A stretch of 64,000 bases of DNA, from positions 3,361 through 67,360 of the forward strand of contig JAEWUO010000003.1 of the NCBI GenBank assembly GCA_023459335.1, read 5' to 3'. The stretch is from Bacillota bacterium. Its GTDB lineage: Bacteria; Bacillota; Clostridia; Christensenellales; CAG-138. Below are positions 25,345 to 34,011 of this stretch, one piece after another. The position numbers were made by a program, and so were the translations under genes. Under the pieces are notes generated by a model that worked only from the letters and a program-made list of their open reading frames with translations, did not search any database and was not told the DNA's origin. Each line of letters starts with the position of its first letter. Within the stretch, counting starts at the first letter, position 1.

Positions 25345-26453
25345 TCTGCTGCCATCTCCCGATACGCGTTCGCGAGCTCTCTGGCGGCTGCTTCGATCTC
25401 ATAACCGCGGGAAACAAACGCTTCTTTTCCCAACACACGATCATCGGTTTCTTTCGCTGTGAGGAATCGAGCCGCCCAGAGATCCGGCCGATCCGGCGGA
25501 AGCGCTTCGCAGGAGACGATCTGCGTATCGTTCGGAATCCGGTCCGACGCCAGGCAATTCAACCCGCTGGCCTGCGCCTCGACAAGCGCGATCCCCAGGC
25601 CTTCAAACCACGATGGAAGCGCAAATAAGTCGAATGCCGACAGTAGGGCCGGAATGTCGCCTCGCTGACCCGTCAGTATGACGTCCCCCTCCAAACCTGA
25701 TCTTTTTATGAGCGTGATGAATTCATCCATATCCGGTCCGTCTCCGGCCAGAACGAGCGCGAGTTCCGGGCGGTCTCTCTTCGCCATCCGTAAGGCGCGA
25801 AACAAGAGGCTTTGGTTCTTCACCTTGTCGTTCAGATGCCCGACGCTTCCGATGATGAAACGATCCTCAAAATTGAGTTCTTTACGAATTCTGTCGCGCG
25901 TCAGAACGTCGAACTGATAATCTTCGAGTTCGATCGCGTTGCGAATGATTTTCACCGAACCGCCGCTCACGCTTTCTTCCCCATACAGGAATATTCCGGC
26001 TGCATCCGAGCAGGCGAAGAGTGCGGTCGCATAGTCCGGTATCCTCATGCGCGCAACCGCGTTTACCATTCGATGCAGCATGCTATCTGTCAGGTAATCA
26101 ACGCTGTGCGCGTGGGAGATCCTGACACGCACGCCGCATCTTTTCGCGAGGCTGAGAGGCAGCGCGTTCATCCCCTCCATGTGCGCGTGCACGATGTCGT
26201 ACCCCGCGCCGATCGCCTCCGCCATGCCCCTGCGATTGCGTAAAGGATCGTTCCTGCGCAGCGGCACGTGGTAGACTTTCGCGCCGAGCGCGGCCGCCTC
26301 CCCCTCCCGCGCGCCTTGTTCCATGCCGTGCACAAGAAAATCAACCGCGACAGCATCGCGGTCGAACCGCGAAGCGTAAGAGAGCATCCAGCTCGCGATG
26401 CCGCCGTAGTCCAGCGAACCGCCGCTGACAAACAGAACGCGGATCGGCTTCAT
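25341..26453 (-). CDS. Glycosyltransferase family 4 (GT-B)
   Basis: PSWFEGLGIALVEAQASGLNCL motif. A start at MKPIRVLFVSGG gives an ATGA overlap with the upstream gene. Confidence 0.85.
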   Translation of the reverse strand: MKPIRVLFVSGGSLDYGGIASWMLSYASRFDRDAVAVDFLVHGMEQGAREGEAAALGAKVYHVPLRRNDPLRNRRGMAEAIGAGYDIVHAHMEGMNALPLSLAKRCGVRVRISHAHSVDYLTDSMLHRMVNAVARMRIPDYATALFACSDAAGIFLYGEESVSGGSVKIIRNAIELEDYQFDVLTRDRIRKELNFEDRFIIGSVGHLNDKVKNQSLLFRALRMAKRDRPELALVLAGDGPDMDEFITLIKRSGLEGDVILTGQRGDIPALLSAFDLFALPSWFEGLGIALVEAQASGLNCLASDRIPNDTQIVSCEALPPDRPDLWAARFLTAKETDDRVLGKEAFVSRGYEIEAAARELANAYREMAAE

Positions 26454-27649
26454 TTGTTCCCCTCCCCGCACAGGCGCGCGTACAGCGCGGCATAATCTCC
26501 AAAGCGGCCGCGCTGATCAAATTGCTTTGCGCGCCGCACGCAGTTTTCCCGTTTGAGCCCGTCTGCTCGGAGCACCGCGTCCGCCAACGCGGGAAAGTCG
26601 CCCTTCGGCACGACCACGCCGCAGCTGTCGTCCAGGGATTCGGGGCAGCCGCCCGTATCATAACAAACCACCGGCGCGCCGCAGGCGAGGGCTTCGAGCT
26701 GCGTAGTCGGGAACGTATCCTCCAGCGTCGGGTTCACAAAGACGTCCGCGGCGGAGTACCACCGCGCGAGTTCCAGCGCGCTTGCGGTGCGCGGGACAGC
26801 GACGATCCCTTTCGGCACTGCTGTCAGCTGCTTTTTCGATAGCCCGACCAATGCTACGATCGCTTCTCCCTTAATCCGTTCGGCAAGGTCGTAAAACGTA
26901 CTCAGCCCCTTTCGCGGTTCCCAGTAAATCGATACCCCGAGGATCAGCTTCTTTTTCCCGATGTCGAAACGCGCCCGAAGATCGCTTTCGATCGGTTTGA
27001 ATACGGATAAATCCACGCCGTTATGTATCGTGACGATTTCGTAGCCGCCTAAATAAGACCGCTTGACAAGCTCCGCAAGCCAGCGCGACGGGGTGACGAT
27101 CGTCATGCGTCCAATCCCTTGGGTGAGCGCGCGCTTTTCATAAAAATTCCGTTCGGATTGGTCGAAGATCAGGCTCTTTGGATATTCCTTTTTGAGCGGG
27201 CAGCAGCCGCAGTGCTCCAGCCAGCGTTCGCACCCCGCCAGATCGAAATGCGCGCAGTGCCCCGTAAACGCGTTGCAGTCGTGCAGCGTCCACACCACGG
27301 GAACACCGGCTTCTTTCAGGTAGCCGAACAGAACGCGCCAATCCAAATAATACCCGTGGATGTTCTGCAGGTGGATCACATCCGGTTTGTATGCTTCAAT
27401 CCTGCGGATCATCCGCCGCGTGGCGGGCGTGGAGGAAAACCCCTGCCGGTCGGTCAGGCGCGCGTAGAGTACATGACCGTAAAACGCGAGTTTGCTCTCG
27501 ATCCGTTCGCAGGCGACGCCTTCCGCGGGCGCGCCGCGTCCGTAGAGGATCAGGCACTCGTGCCCCTGTTCGCGCAGTACGCGCGCGATGCCCGCGGCGA
27601 TGCGCCCCGTACTGCCCGTACAAACCGAATTGATCTGCAGAACTCTCAT
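26450..27649 (-). CDS. Glycosyltransferase family 4 (GT-B) with Cys-rich insertion
   Basis: Start at MRVLQINSV (27649). TLEDTFPTTQLEALACGAPVV motif. HDCNAFTGHCAHF...CGCCP insertion. Confidence 0.8.
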   Translation of the reverse strand: MRVLQINSVCTGSTGRIAAGIARVLREQGHECLILYGRGAPAEGVACERIESKLAFYGHVLYARLTDRQGFSSTPATRRMIRRIEAYKPDVIHLQNIHGYYLDWRVLFGYLKEAGVPVVWTLHDCNAFTGHCAHFDLAGCERWLEHCGCCPLKKEYPKSLIFDQSERNFYEKRALTQGIGRMTIVTPSRWLAELVKRSYLGGYEIVTIHNGVDLSVFKPIESDLRARFDIGKKKLILGVSIYWEPRKGLSTFYDLAERIKGEAIVALVGLSKKQLTAVPKGIVAVPRTASALELARWYSAADVFVNPTLEDTFPTTQLEALACGAPVVCYDTGGCPESLDDSCGVVVPKGDFPALADAVLRADGLKRENCVRRAKQFDQRGRFGDYAALYARLCGEGNK

Positions 27650-27685
27650 AGGGCATATTTTAACATACGGTTCATGCGCAGGCAA

Positions 27686-27714
27686 TTGCCCGACAGGCGG
27701 CAATGTATTATAAT
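27686..27714 (+). promoter_or_regulatory. Candidate promoter of the glycyl-radical enzyme operon
   Basis: TTGCCC (27686-27691), a 17-nt spacer, then TATAAT (27709-27714), about 95 nt upstream of the ATG at 27812. Confidence 0.45.
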
Positions 27715-27811
27715 GTGGTTAATACATTTCCACGGCATCCCGCCGTTTCACTTTTTGGTCTTATCGTGAATCAAATCCGTTGATGTCTCTCTTTGAAAGG
27801 AGCGCCTATTC

Positions 27812-30301
27812 ATGGAAGCTGTTAAAAAGCAAAGCGTAAAAGCGCCGTTTAATCTGAGTCCGCGCATCGAGTGGCTCCGGAACTACTATTTTCTGGGCGA
27901 CAAACGCGCCTGGAACAACGAATTCTCCGCCTTCACCACAGGCGCGCCCTGGGACGAGGTGTTCGATGAAACGAGTTTTCTGATCGTTCCGGAAGTCTAT
28001 TCGTTTCTGCCGACATTCCGCAAATCGTTCCTTATAGCTGCGCATACGATCGAACCGCCGAAAGGGTTTTACGCGCTTTCCCTGCCGGAGCGCCGCGCCT
28101 GGATGATCAAGGAAGCCATTGTAAACCGCGTTCCGCAGGAGCTTCTGCCCGGCGATCTCATCGCGGGCGGGCGATATAACCTCATGGCCTCCCGCTGCTG
28201 GAACAAAGCGGAAACGAAGGCGAGGAACGAGGCCATGCTCGGTAAAAGCGGCATCCGGCAGGCGACCTACGAGTTTCAGGATCGGGGGTATGGCAACTGC
28301 GGTGCGACGAGCGGGCATCTAATCCCCGACTACGCGCGCGTGTTGCGGGAGGGTTTCTCCGGCATCAAAAAAGACCTTCAGGCAAGATACGACGCGCTTT
28401 CCCCCGCCGAACAGTCCGGCGCGAAGGGAGGGCAGCTGCGGGGCATGCTGCTTAGCTGCGACATGCCGGTCGAGCTCGCGGCAAGATACGCCGCGCTCTG
28501 CGAAACGCTCGCTTTGAAGGAATCGGACGCGGCGCGCAAAGCGGAGCTGCTCGCGATGCGCGATAACCTGCATCGCGTGCCGAAGGAACCCGCACGGAAT
28601 TTTCACGAGGCGCTGCAGTCGCTGTGGCTGACGCATATGCTCGTGCTCACGGACGAAAACTATCCCGGCGCGGGCGTCTCCTTCGGGAGGATCGATCAAT
28701 ACCTGCTGCCCTGCTGGCAGGAATCGATCCGTCAGGGCATGGACCGCGAATTCGGCAAGGAATTGCTCAAGTGCTTCTGGATGCACTGCAACTTTGCCTA
28801 CGACGCGATGATACAAACCGGCAATCAGGGCATTACGGCGGGTTACGGACAACTGTTCAACATCTCCGGAATGGGTAAAAACGGCGAGGACATGACCAAC
28901 GAACTGACCTGGGTGTTTCTCGAAGTCATCGACGAGATGAGCCCGATCCTCGAACCCAAACCCAATGTCCGGCTTCACGGGAATTCTCCGGAAGCGCTGC
29001 TCGATAAAGTTGTTGATATGATTTCGTCGAGTCAGGGCGCGCCGTTCCTGCTGAACTTCGACGAACGCTCGATGGCCGGCATGATGGAGGAAGCCAAGCG
29101 CGCGCATGTCGAGCACCTGATCAACGAAGACAATGTGTTCGATTACGCTTCCGTCGGATGCCTTGAAAACACGATGTGCGGCAACGACCGCTCCGCCACC
29201 GTGGACTGCAACCCGAACCTCGTCAAGGCAGTGGAGCTCACCCTTGGCGGCGGGCAGGACCTGATCGCGTATACCGACGCGCTCTGGGGCAAGACGTATC
29301 CCGCGGAAACAGCCGCGCCAAAGACGGGAGACCCAAGGGCGTTTTCGGACTTCGAAGCGTTTTACGAGGCGTTTTTGACGCAGTTGACCTATGTGATGGA
29401 CCGCATGGCCGCGCTCTACGAGCGTTCCACCGAACTGCGCGCGGAGTATGCGCCTACGCCGTACTTAAGCTGTCTCGTCAAAGGCTGCGCGGAATCCGGC
29501 AAGGACTGCACGCAGGGCGGCGCGGAGCTTTCCTTCGTTACGGTCGAAGGCGTGACTTTTGCGACAACGGTTGACTCTCTGCTCGCAATCCGTTATCTTA
29601 TTTATGATAAAAATCTCTGTACGATGGACACGCTTATCAAGGCGCTCCGGGCGAACTGGCAGGGATACGAGATTCTGCAGGCGCAGGCGAAGAACCGCGC
29701 GCCGAAGTACGGGCGCGACGACGATTCCGCGGACGCGCTCGCCGCGCGCCTCATGAAGGACTGGTCCGAGATCGTCTGGCGCTATAAAACCAAGTCCACA
29801 AACGCGCAGTTCCGCCCCGGCATGCTGAGCTGGAATTACTGGATCGGTTCGGGGTTCATCCTCCCCGCGACGGCGGACGGGCGCGCCAGAGGGCAATTCT
29901 TAAGCAACGCCATCTGCCCCGTCAACGGCGCGGACACGAACGGCCCCACGGGAAACGCCAACTCCGTCGGCAAAGCGCTCGGCGGCCGGGACGAGCTGGG
30001 AAATATACGAAACCTGCTGCCAAACGGCGCGAGCCACACCATCACGCTCTCTCCCGCGCTCATGAAAGATCACGAACGGCGGGAGAAACTCAAGGCGTTC
30101 CTCCGCGGTTACATCCACAACGGCGGAACCGCGCTGCAGATCAATATACTCGACGCGGACACGCTCAAAGACGCGCAACTGCATCCGGAAAATTACCGGA
30201 ACCTGCTCGTTCGCGTTACTGGTTATAACGCGTATTTTACGAGTATCGGCAGAGAGCTGCAAAACGAAATCATCGCAAGGGAAAGCCACAACCGGTATTG
30301 A
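27812..30301 (+). CDS. Glycyl radical enzyme (PFL2/dehydratase-like branch), substrate unknown
   Basis: 829 aa. C-terminal glycyl-radical fingerprint LLVRVTGYNAYFTSIG (Gly804, nt 30221-30223). Thiyl loop VGCLEN (Cys450/Glu452, nt 29159-29167). Confidence 0.9.
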   Translation: MEAVKKQSVKAPFNLSPRIEWLRNYYFLGDKRAWNNEFSAFTTGAPWDEVFDETSFLIVPEVYSFLPTFRKSFLIAAHTIEPPKGFYALSLPERRAWMIKEAIVNRVPQELLPGDLIAGGRYNLMASRCWNKAETKARNEAMLGKSGIRQATYEFQDRGYGNCGATSGHLIPDYARVLREGFSGIKKDLQARYDALSPAEQSGAKGGQLRGMLLSCDMPVELAARYAALCETLALKESDAARKAELLAMRDNLHRVPKEPARNFHEALQSLWLTHMLVLTDENYPGAGVSFGRIDQYLLPCWQESIRQGMDREFGKELLKCFWMHCNFAYDAMIQTGNQGITAGYGQLFNISGMGKNGEDMTNELTWVFLEVIDEMSPILEPKPNVRLHGNSPEALLDKVVDMISSSQGAPFLLNFDERSMAGMMEEAKRAHVEHLINEDNVFDYASVGCLENTMCGNDRSATVDCNPNLVKAVELTLGGGQDLIAYTDALWGKTYPAETAAPKTGDPRAFSDFEAFYEAFLTQLTYVMDRMAALYERSTELRAEYAPTPYLSCLVKGCAESGKDCTQGGAELSFVTVEGVTFATTVDSLLAIRYLIYDKNLCTMDTLIKALRANWQGYEILQAQAKNRAPKYGRDDDSADALAARLMKDWSEIVWRYKTKSTNAQFRPGMLSWNYWIGSGFILPATADGRARGQFLSNAICPVNGADTNGPTGNANSVGKALGGRDELGNIRNLLPNGASHTITLSPALMKDHERREKLKAFLRGYIHNGGTALQINILDADTLKDAQLHPENYRNLLVRVTGYNAYFTSIGRELQNEIIARESHNRY

Positions 30302-30302
30302 T

Positions 30303-31235
30303 ATGACAAAAATCCGCTACCTTGATATCCAGCGTATGTCCAGCGAGGACGGCCCTGGTCTCCGCTCGACGATCTTTCTCAAAGGCTGTTCACTCGCTTG
30401 CGCCTGGTGCCATAACCCGGAAAGCATCGCGAAGAAGTTTCAGGTCCACTGGCTGGAGAACCGCTGCATCGGATGCGGCAGCTGCGATAACGTCTGCCTT
30501 AACGGCGCGTTGAACCGGGACGAGGCCGGCGTGAAAATCGACCGCAGGCTCTGCACGGGCTGCTGCTCCTGCGTGAACGCCTGTCCGGCGCTCGCGCTCG
30601 AATGCAAAGGCATCGACGCGGAAGCGGAGGAACTCTGCCGCGAACTGGCCAAGGACCGCGCGTATTTCGGCCGCGACGGCGGCGTAACCCTCTCCGGCGG
30701 CGAGGCGCTCCTGCAGGACGGGGCGGTGGAACTTCTCCGCCTGCTGAAGGCGGAAGGGATTCAGACCGCCGTCGACACCTGCGGCATGCTTTTTACCGAA
30801 CAGCTTCAGGCCGCGCTGGCGTATACGGACATCCTGCTCTACGATCTGAAACTCATGAACGACGCGGAACACCAGCGCTGGACGGGCCGTGGCAACGCGA
30901 TGATCCTGAGAAACCTCGGCGTCGCCGCGCTCTGGGCAAAGGGCAACGGCAGGCTTTGGATCCGTACGCCGGTCATACCCGGCGCGACGGATACGGAGGA
31001 AAATATCCGCGCCATCGGGGAACGCATCAACGCCATCGGCGGCGCGGAGCGCTGGGAACTCTGCGCGTTTAACAACCTCTGCATCGATAAATACAGGCGC
31101 CTGGACATCGACTGGGCGTTTCGTGAAACGCCGCTGGTCACAAAGCGGCACATGGAGGAACTGCTCGCAGTCGCGCGGAGCACCCGCGCCTGCGAGGACA
31201 TCCGCGCGACGGGTGCGCTCGGCGGAGAGGAGTAA
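30303..31235 (+). CDS. Glycyl-radical enzyme activating protein (radical SAM)
   Basis: CSLACAWC (CxxxCxxC) plus two ferredoxin-like clusters, CIGCGSCDNVC and CTGCCSCVNAC. Starts 1 nt after the GRE stop. Confidence 0.9.
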   Translation: MTKIRYLDIQRMSSEDGPGLRSTIFLKGCSLACAWCHNPESIAKKFQVHWLENRCIGCGSCDNVCLNGALNRDEAGVKIDRRLCTGCCSCVNACPALALECKGIDAEAEELCRELAKDRAYFGRDGGVTLSGGEALLQDGAVELLRLLKAEGIQTAVDTCGMLFTEQLQAALAYTDILLYDLKLMNDAEHQRWTGRGNAMILRNLGVAALWAKGNGRLWIRTPVIPGATDTEENIRAIGERINAIGGAERWELCAFNNLCIDKYRRLDIDWAFRETPLVTKRHMEELLAVARSTRACEDIRATGALGGEE

Positions 31236-31238
31236 ACT

Positions 31239-32063
31239 ATGAAGCCTTTGTTTTTCGACAGGATCGACGATTCTTCCGTGAAGATGATGGACTGTGACAG
31301 CAAGGTCGGCGTTCTCGCAACCGAAGACGAGAGCGGGTATCCGCACCTTTCGTTCATCTCTTCCATTCAGGCGCTGGGCGACCGCGCGCTGACGTTCGGG
31401 CAATTTTCGGCGGGCCTTAGCAAACGTTTTGTCATGGACAGACCTCGCGTTGGGTTTCTCGTACTCAGCGCAGATAAAAAGTATCTCTCAGGCAACGCGA
31501 CGTATACGCACAGCGCGAACACCGGCAGGGAATTCGACCTCTACAACAACAAACCGCTCTTTCGTTACAACTCCTATATGGGATTTTACCGTATTTTTTA
31601 CCTGAATCTAGACCGCATCAGCGCATTGAGGCCGCTTCCGATGGGGGCGATTGTGTTCGGCGCAATCCTGTCGCGCGTAAGAGCGCTTTTTCTCAGAAAA
31701 GCTGAAAAAAACGCGCTCCCGCCGGTCGGGCAGGCGTTGTTTTCACAGCTCGATTCGCTGAAATTTCTTTGTTATTATGATGAAAACAAAGATGCGGTTC
31801 TGCTGCCCGTCGTGCAGGCGACGAGCGCCGGACCGGACCGGATCGCGCTGGCAGGCGTGCCGTTCGGCAAAGCACTTTCACATATTCCCGACGGCGCGAA
31901 GGCCGCAATCCTCTGTCTGAATCTCAAAATGGAAAGCGTGCTGGTCAAGGGCCGTTATTCTAAGGGAATTCTGGAGATCGAACGCGTTTATAATTCCATG
32001 CCGCCGAAGATGGAATATATCTATCCGCGCGCCGAAACCATTGAACCGGTCAGATCGTTTTAA
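31239..32063 (+). CDS. Internally duplicated split-barrel-like protein (PNPOx/FMN-binding-like), function unknown
   Basis: 274 aa, 3-nt gap after the activase. The N-lobe VGVLATEDESGYPHLSFISSIQALGDRALTF...RVGFLVL aligns by eye to the C-lobe LKFLCYYDENKDAVLLPVVQATSAGPDRIALA...KAAILCL. The fold assignment is tentative. Confidence 0.55.
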   Translation: MKPLFFDRIDDSSVKMMDCDSKVGVLATEDESGYPHLSFISSIQALGDRALTFGQFSAGLSKRFVMDRPRVGFLVLSADKKYLSGNATYTHSANTGREFDLYNNKPLFRYNSYMGFYRIFYLNLDRISALRPLPMGAIVFGAILSRVRALFLRKAEKNALPPVGQALFSQLDSLKFLCYYDENKDAVLLPVVQATSAGPDRIALAGVPFGKALSHIPDGAKAAILCLNLKMESVLVKGRYSKGILEIERVYNSMPPKMEYIYPRAETIEPVRSF

Positions 32064-32083
32064 TCGAAACAGGATGTGAAAAA

Positions 32084-32103
32084 GCGGAGGATCGATCCTC
32101 CGC
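32084..32103. terminator. Bidirectional hairpin terminator between convergent genes
   Basis: The perfect palindrome GCGGAGGATC/GATCCTCCGC is flanked by AAAAA (upstream) and TTT (downstream). Confidence 0.7.
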
Positions 32104-32122
32104 TTTCTGCACGCGTGATTCG

Positions 32123-32491
32123 TCAGCCGTTTTGCTGCAGATACCGCGCGATGGTATAAAGAAATTCTTTGTTGCCCGGTGGATATTTTCCCCGGTTGAA
32201 GAACAACTGGTCCAGCCGCTTTTGATTGCCGAAATTCCAGATCGCTTTGATCTCCTCGCGGACGTTTCGTTCGATACGCGCGGGTTTGGTGCTGCAGAGT
32301 TCCGCCACCTTTGGATACAATACCCGCGTAGTGCTGGTCACCTGTTCCTCCTGCATGATCAGTTCGAGCGTGATCGCCATCTGGACATACCCGAGACGTC
32401 CGGTCGGAGCGCCGAGTCGAAGAAGTTCCTGATCGATTTTAGACCTCACATATCTGTCCTCCCTGTCTGATTTCGCCCTTAAAACAGACAT
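32123..32491 (-). CDS. Stand-alone Spo0A C-terminal (DNA-binding) domain protein
   Basis: 122 aa. GAPTGRLGYVQMAITLELI...VLYPKVAELCSTKPARIERNVREEIKAIWNFGN parallels the Spo0A effector domain (HIKGYxYLREAI...LYPDIAKKF..T.SRVERAIRHAIEVAW). There is no receiver domain. Confidence 0.75.
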   Translation of the reverse strand: MSVLRAKSDREDRYVRSKIDQELLRLGAPTGRLGYVQMAITLELIMQEEQVTSTTRVLYPKVAELCSTKPARIERNVREEIKAIWNFGNQKRLDQLFFNRGKYPPGNKEFLYTIARYLQQNG

Positions 32492-32801
32492 TAATATACA
32501 AAATACGAAAATACAATGTTTCCGCTATTCTTCGAGATTAATCTACAAAATTCGCCTTTTTTCGATTTTTTGTATATACAACAGTGTTTAATCTTCGAAA
32601 AAGATCAATTAATATTTACCAGTCGATGTGTGATTATTAACACAGTTGCCGGCTTTTTGTTGTATGAACGACGTGATTCTCTACATTGTTTCAGTCTTTT
32701 TCAGATTTTCAGTTTTCCAGTCGATTGCGCGCCCAAATCGCGCGTGATACAATTAAAATAACATTTCAAACAAATCCAATTTTATACGGAGGCGCAAACC
32801 C

Positions 32802-34007
32802 ATGCTTTGGAAATTGAAAAAAATCTGGTACCGCGTGTTTCAGTTTGTGCTGACCTCTGCCATGTATCTGATGCCCTGGCGTCAGCCGGAGCTGCTCACG
32901 GGACCGGGCAGCATTAAAAAACTTCCCGCGCTGATTCAGAGCAAAGGCCTGAAAAACATTTTGATCGTAACAGATTCGGTGCTGCATAAGCTCGGCCTTC
33001 TGGATTCCTTCCTTGCCGCATGCGACGAAGCGGGTTTGAAAGGCGTCGTTTACGACGGCGTCGAGCCGAACCCGTCGATTGAAAACATCGAGGAAGCGCG
33101 CAGGCTCTATCTGGAAAACAAATGCGACGGGATCGTCGCGTTCGGCGGAGGCTCCTCGATGGACTGCGCGAAAGCCGCAGGCGCGCGCGTCGTCAAACCG
33201 CGTCAGAGCATCGCGAAGATGGGCGGCACGCTGCGCGTGCTCAAGCGCCTTCCGCCGCTGTTCGCGGTTCCTACGACTGCTGGCACCGGTTCCGAGACGA
33301 CAATCGCCGCCGTTGTCACCGACCGCGCGGCGCATCACAAATATGCCATTCAGGATCTCTCGCTGATTCCGCATTACGCGGTGCTCGATCCGGAGCTCAC
33401 GCGCGGACTTCCGCCGCACATCACGAGCACGACCGGCATGGACGCGCTGACTCATGCGGTCGAGGCGTATACGAACCTCTTCGCCCCGAAGAGCACGGAT
33501 CGCTTCGCCGTCGACGCGGTCAAGCTCATCTTCGAAAATCTTGAGACGGTCTATAAGGACGGGTCCAACCTCACCGCGCGATACAACATGCAGCTCGCGG
33601 CGTTCTACGGCGGCGCCGCGTTTACGCGCGCCTGCGTGGGCTACGTGCACGGCGTCGCGCATACGCTCGGCGGACTATACGGCACGCCGCACGGCCTCGC
33701 CAATGCGGTGATTCTTCCTTACGTTATGGAAGCGTTCGGTCCCGCGGTGTATTATAAACTCGCGCGTCTGGCGGAAGCGGTCGGAATCAACGGCAAGGAC
33801 GATGAGGAAAAAGCCAAAGCGTTTATCCGCGAAATCCGCCGTATGAACACGGATATGCGTATTCAGGATAAGTTCGATTTCATTCAGGAGAGCGATATCC
33901 CGCAGATGATCAAGTGGGCGATGAAGGAAGCAAATCCCATCTACCCTGTCCCCGCACTCTGGCACGAGCCGGAATTCCGCGCGCTGATTTCGCGCATCCG
34001 CTCGTAA
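32802..34007 (+). CDS. Iron-containing (group III) alcohol dehydrogenase
   Basis: 401 aa. GGGSSMDCAKA and His-rich metal site (THAVEAY, GVAHTLGG). Confidence 0.9.
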   Translation: MLWKLKKIWYRVFQFVLTSAMYLMPWRQPELLTGPGSIKKLPALIQSKGLKNILIVTDSVLHKLGLLDSFLAACDEAGLKGVVYDGVEPNPSIENIEEARRLYLENKCDGIVAFGGGSSMDCAKAAGARVVKPRQSIAKMGGTLRVLKRLPPLFAVPTTAGTGSETTIAAVVTDRAAHHKYAIQDLSLIPHYAVLDPELTRGLPPHITSTTGMDALTHAVEAYTNLFAPKSTDRFAVDAVKLIFENLETVYKDGSNLTARYNMQLAAFYGGAAFTRACVGYVHGVAHTLGGLYGTPHGLANAVILPYVMEAFGPAVYYKLARLAEAVGINGKDDEEKAKAFIREIRRMNTDMRIQDKFDFIQESDIPQMIKWAMKEANPIYPVPALWHEPEFRALISRIRS

Positions 34008-34011
34008 CGTC

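Noticed and set aside
30390-31403. 337-aa minus-strand ORF
   Set aside because: It is antisense to the GRE activase and the start of the split-barrel-like gene, with an Arg/Ala-rich shadow frame.
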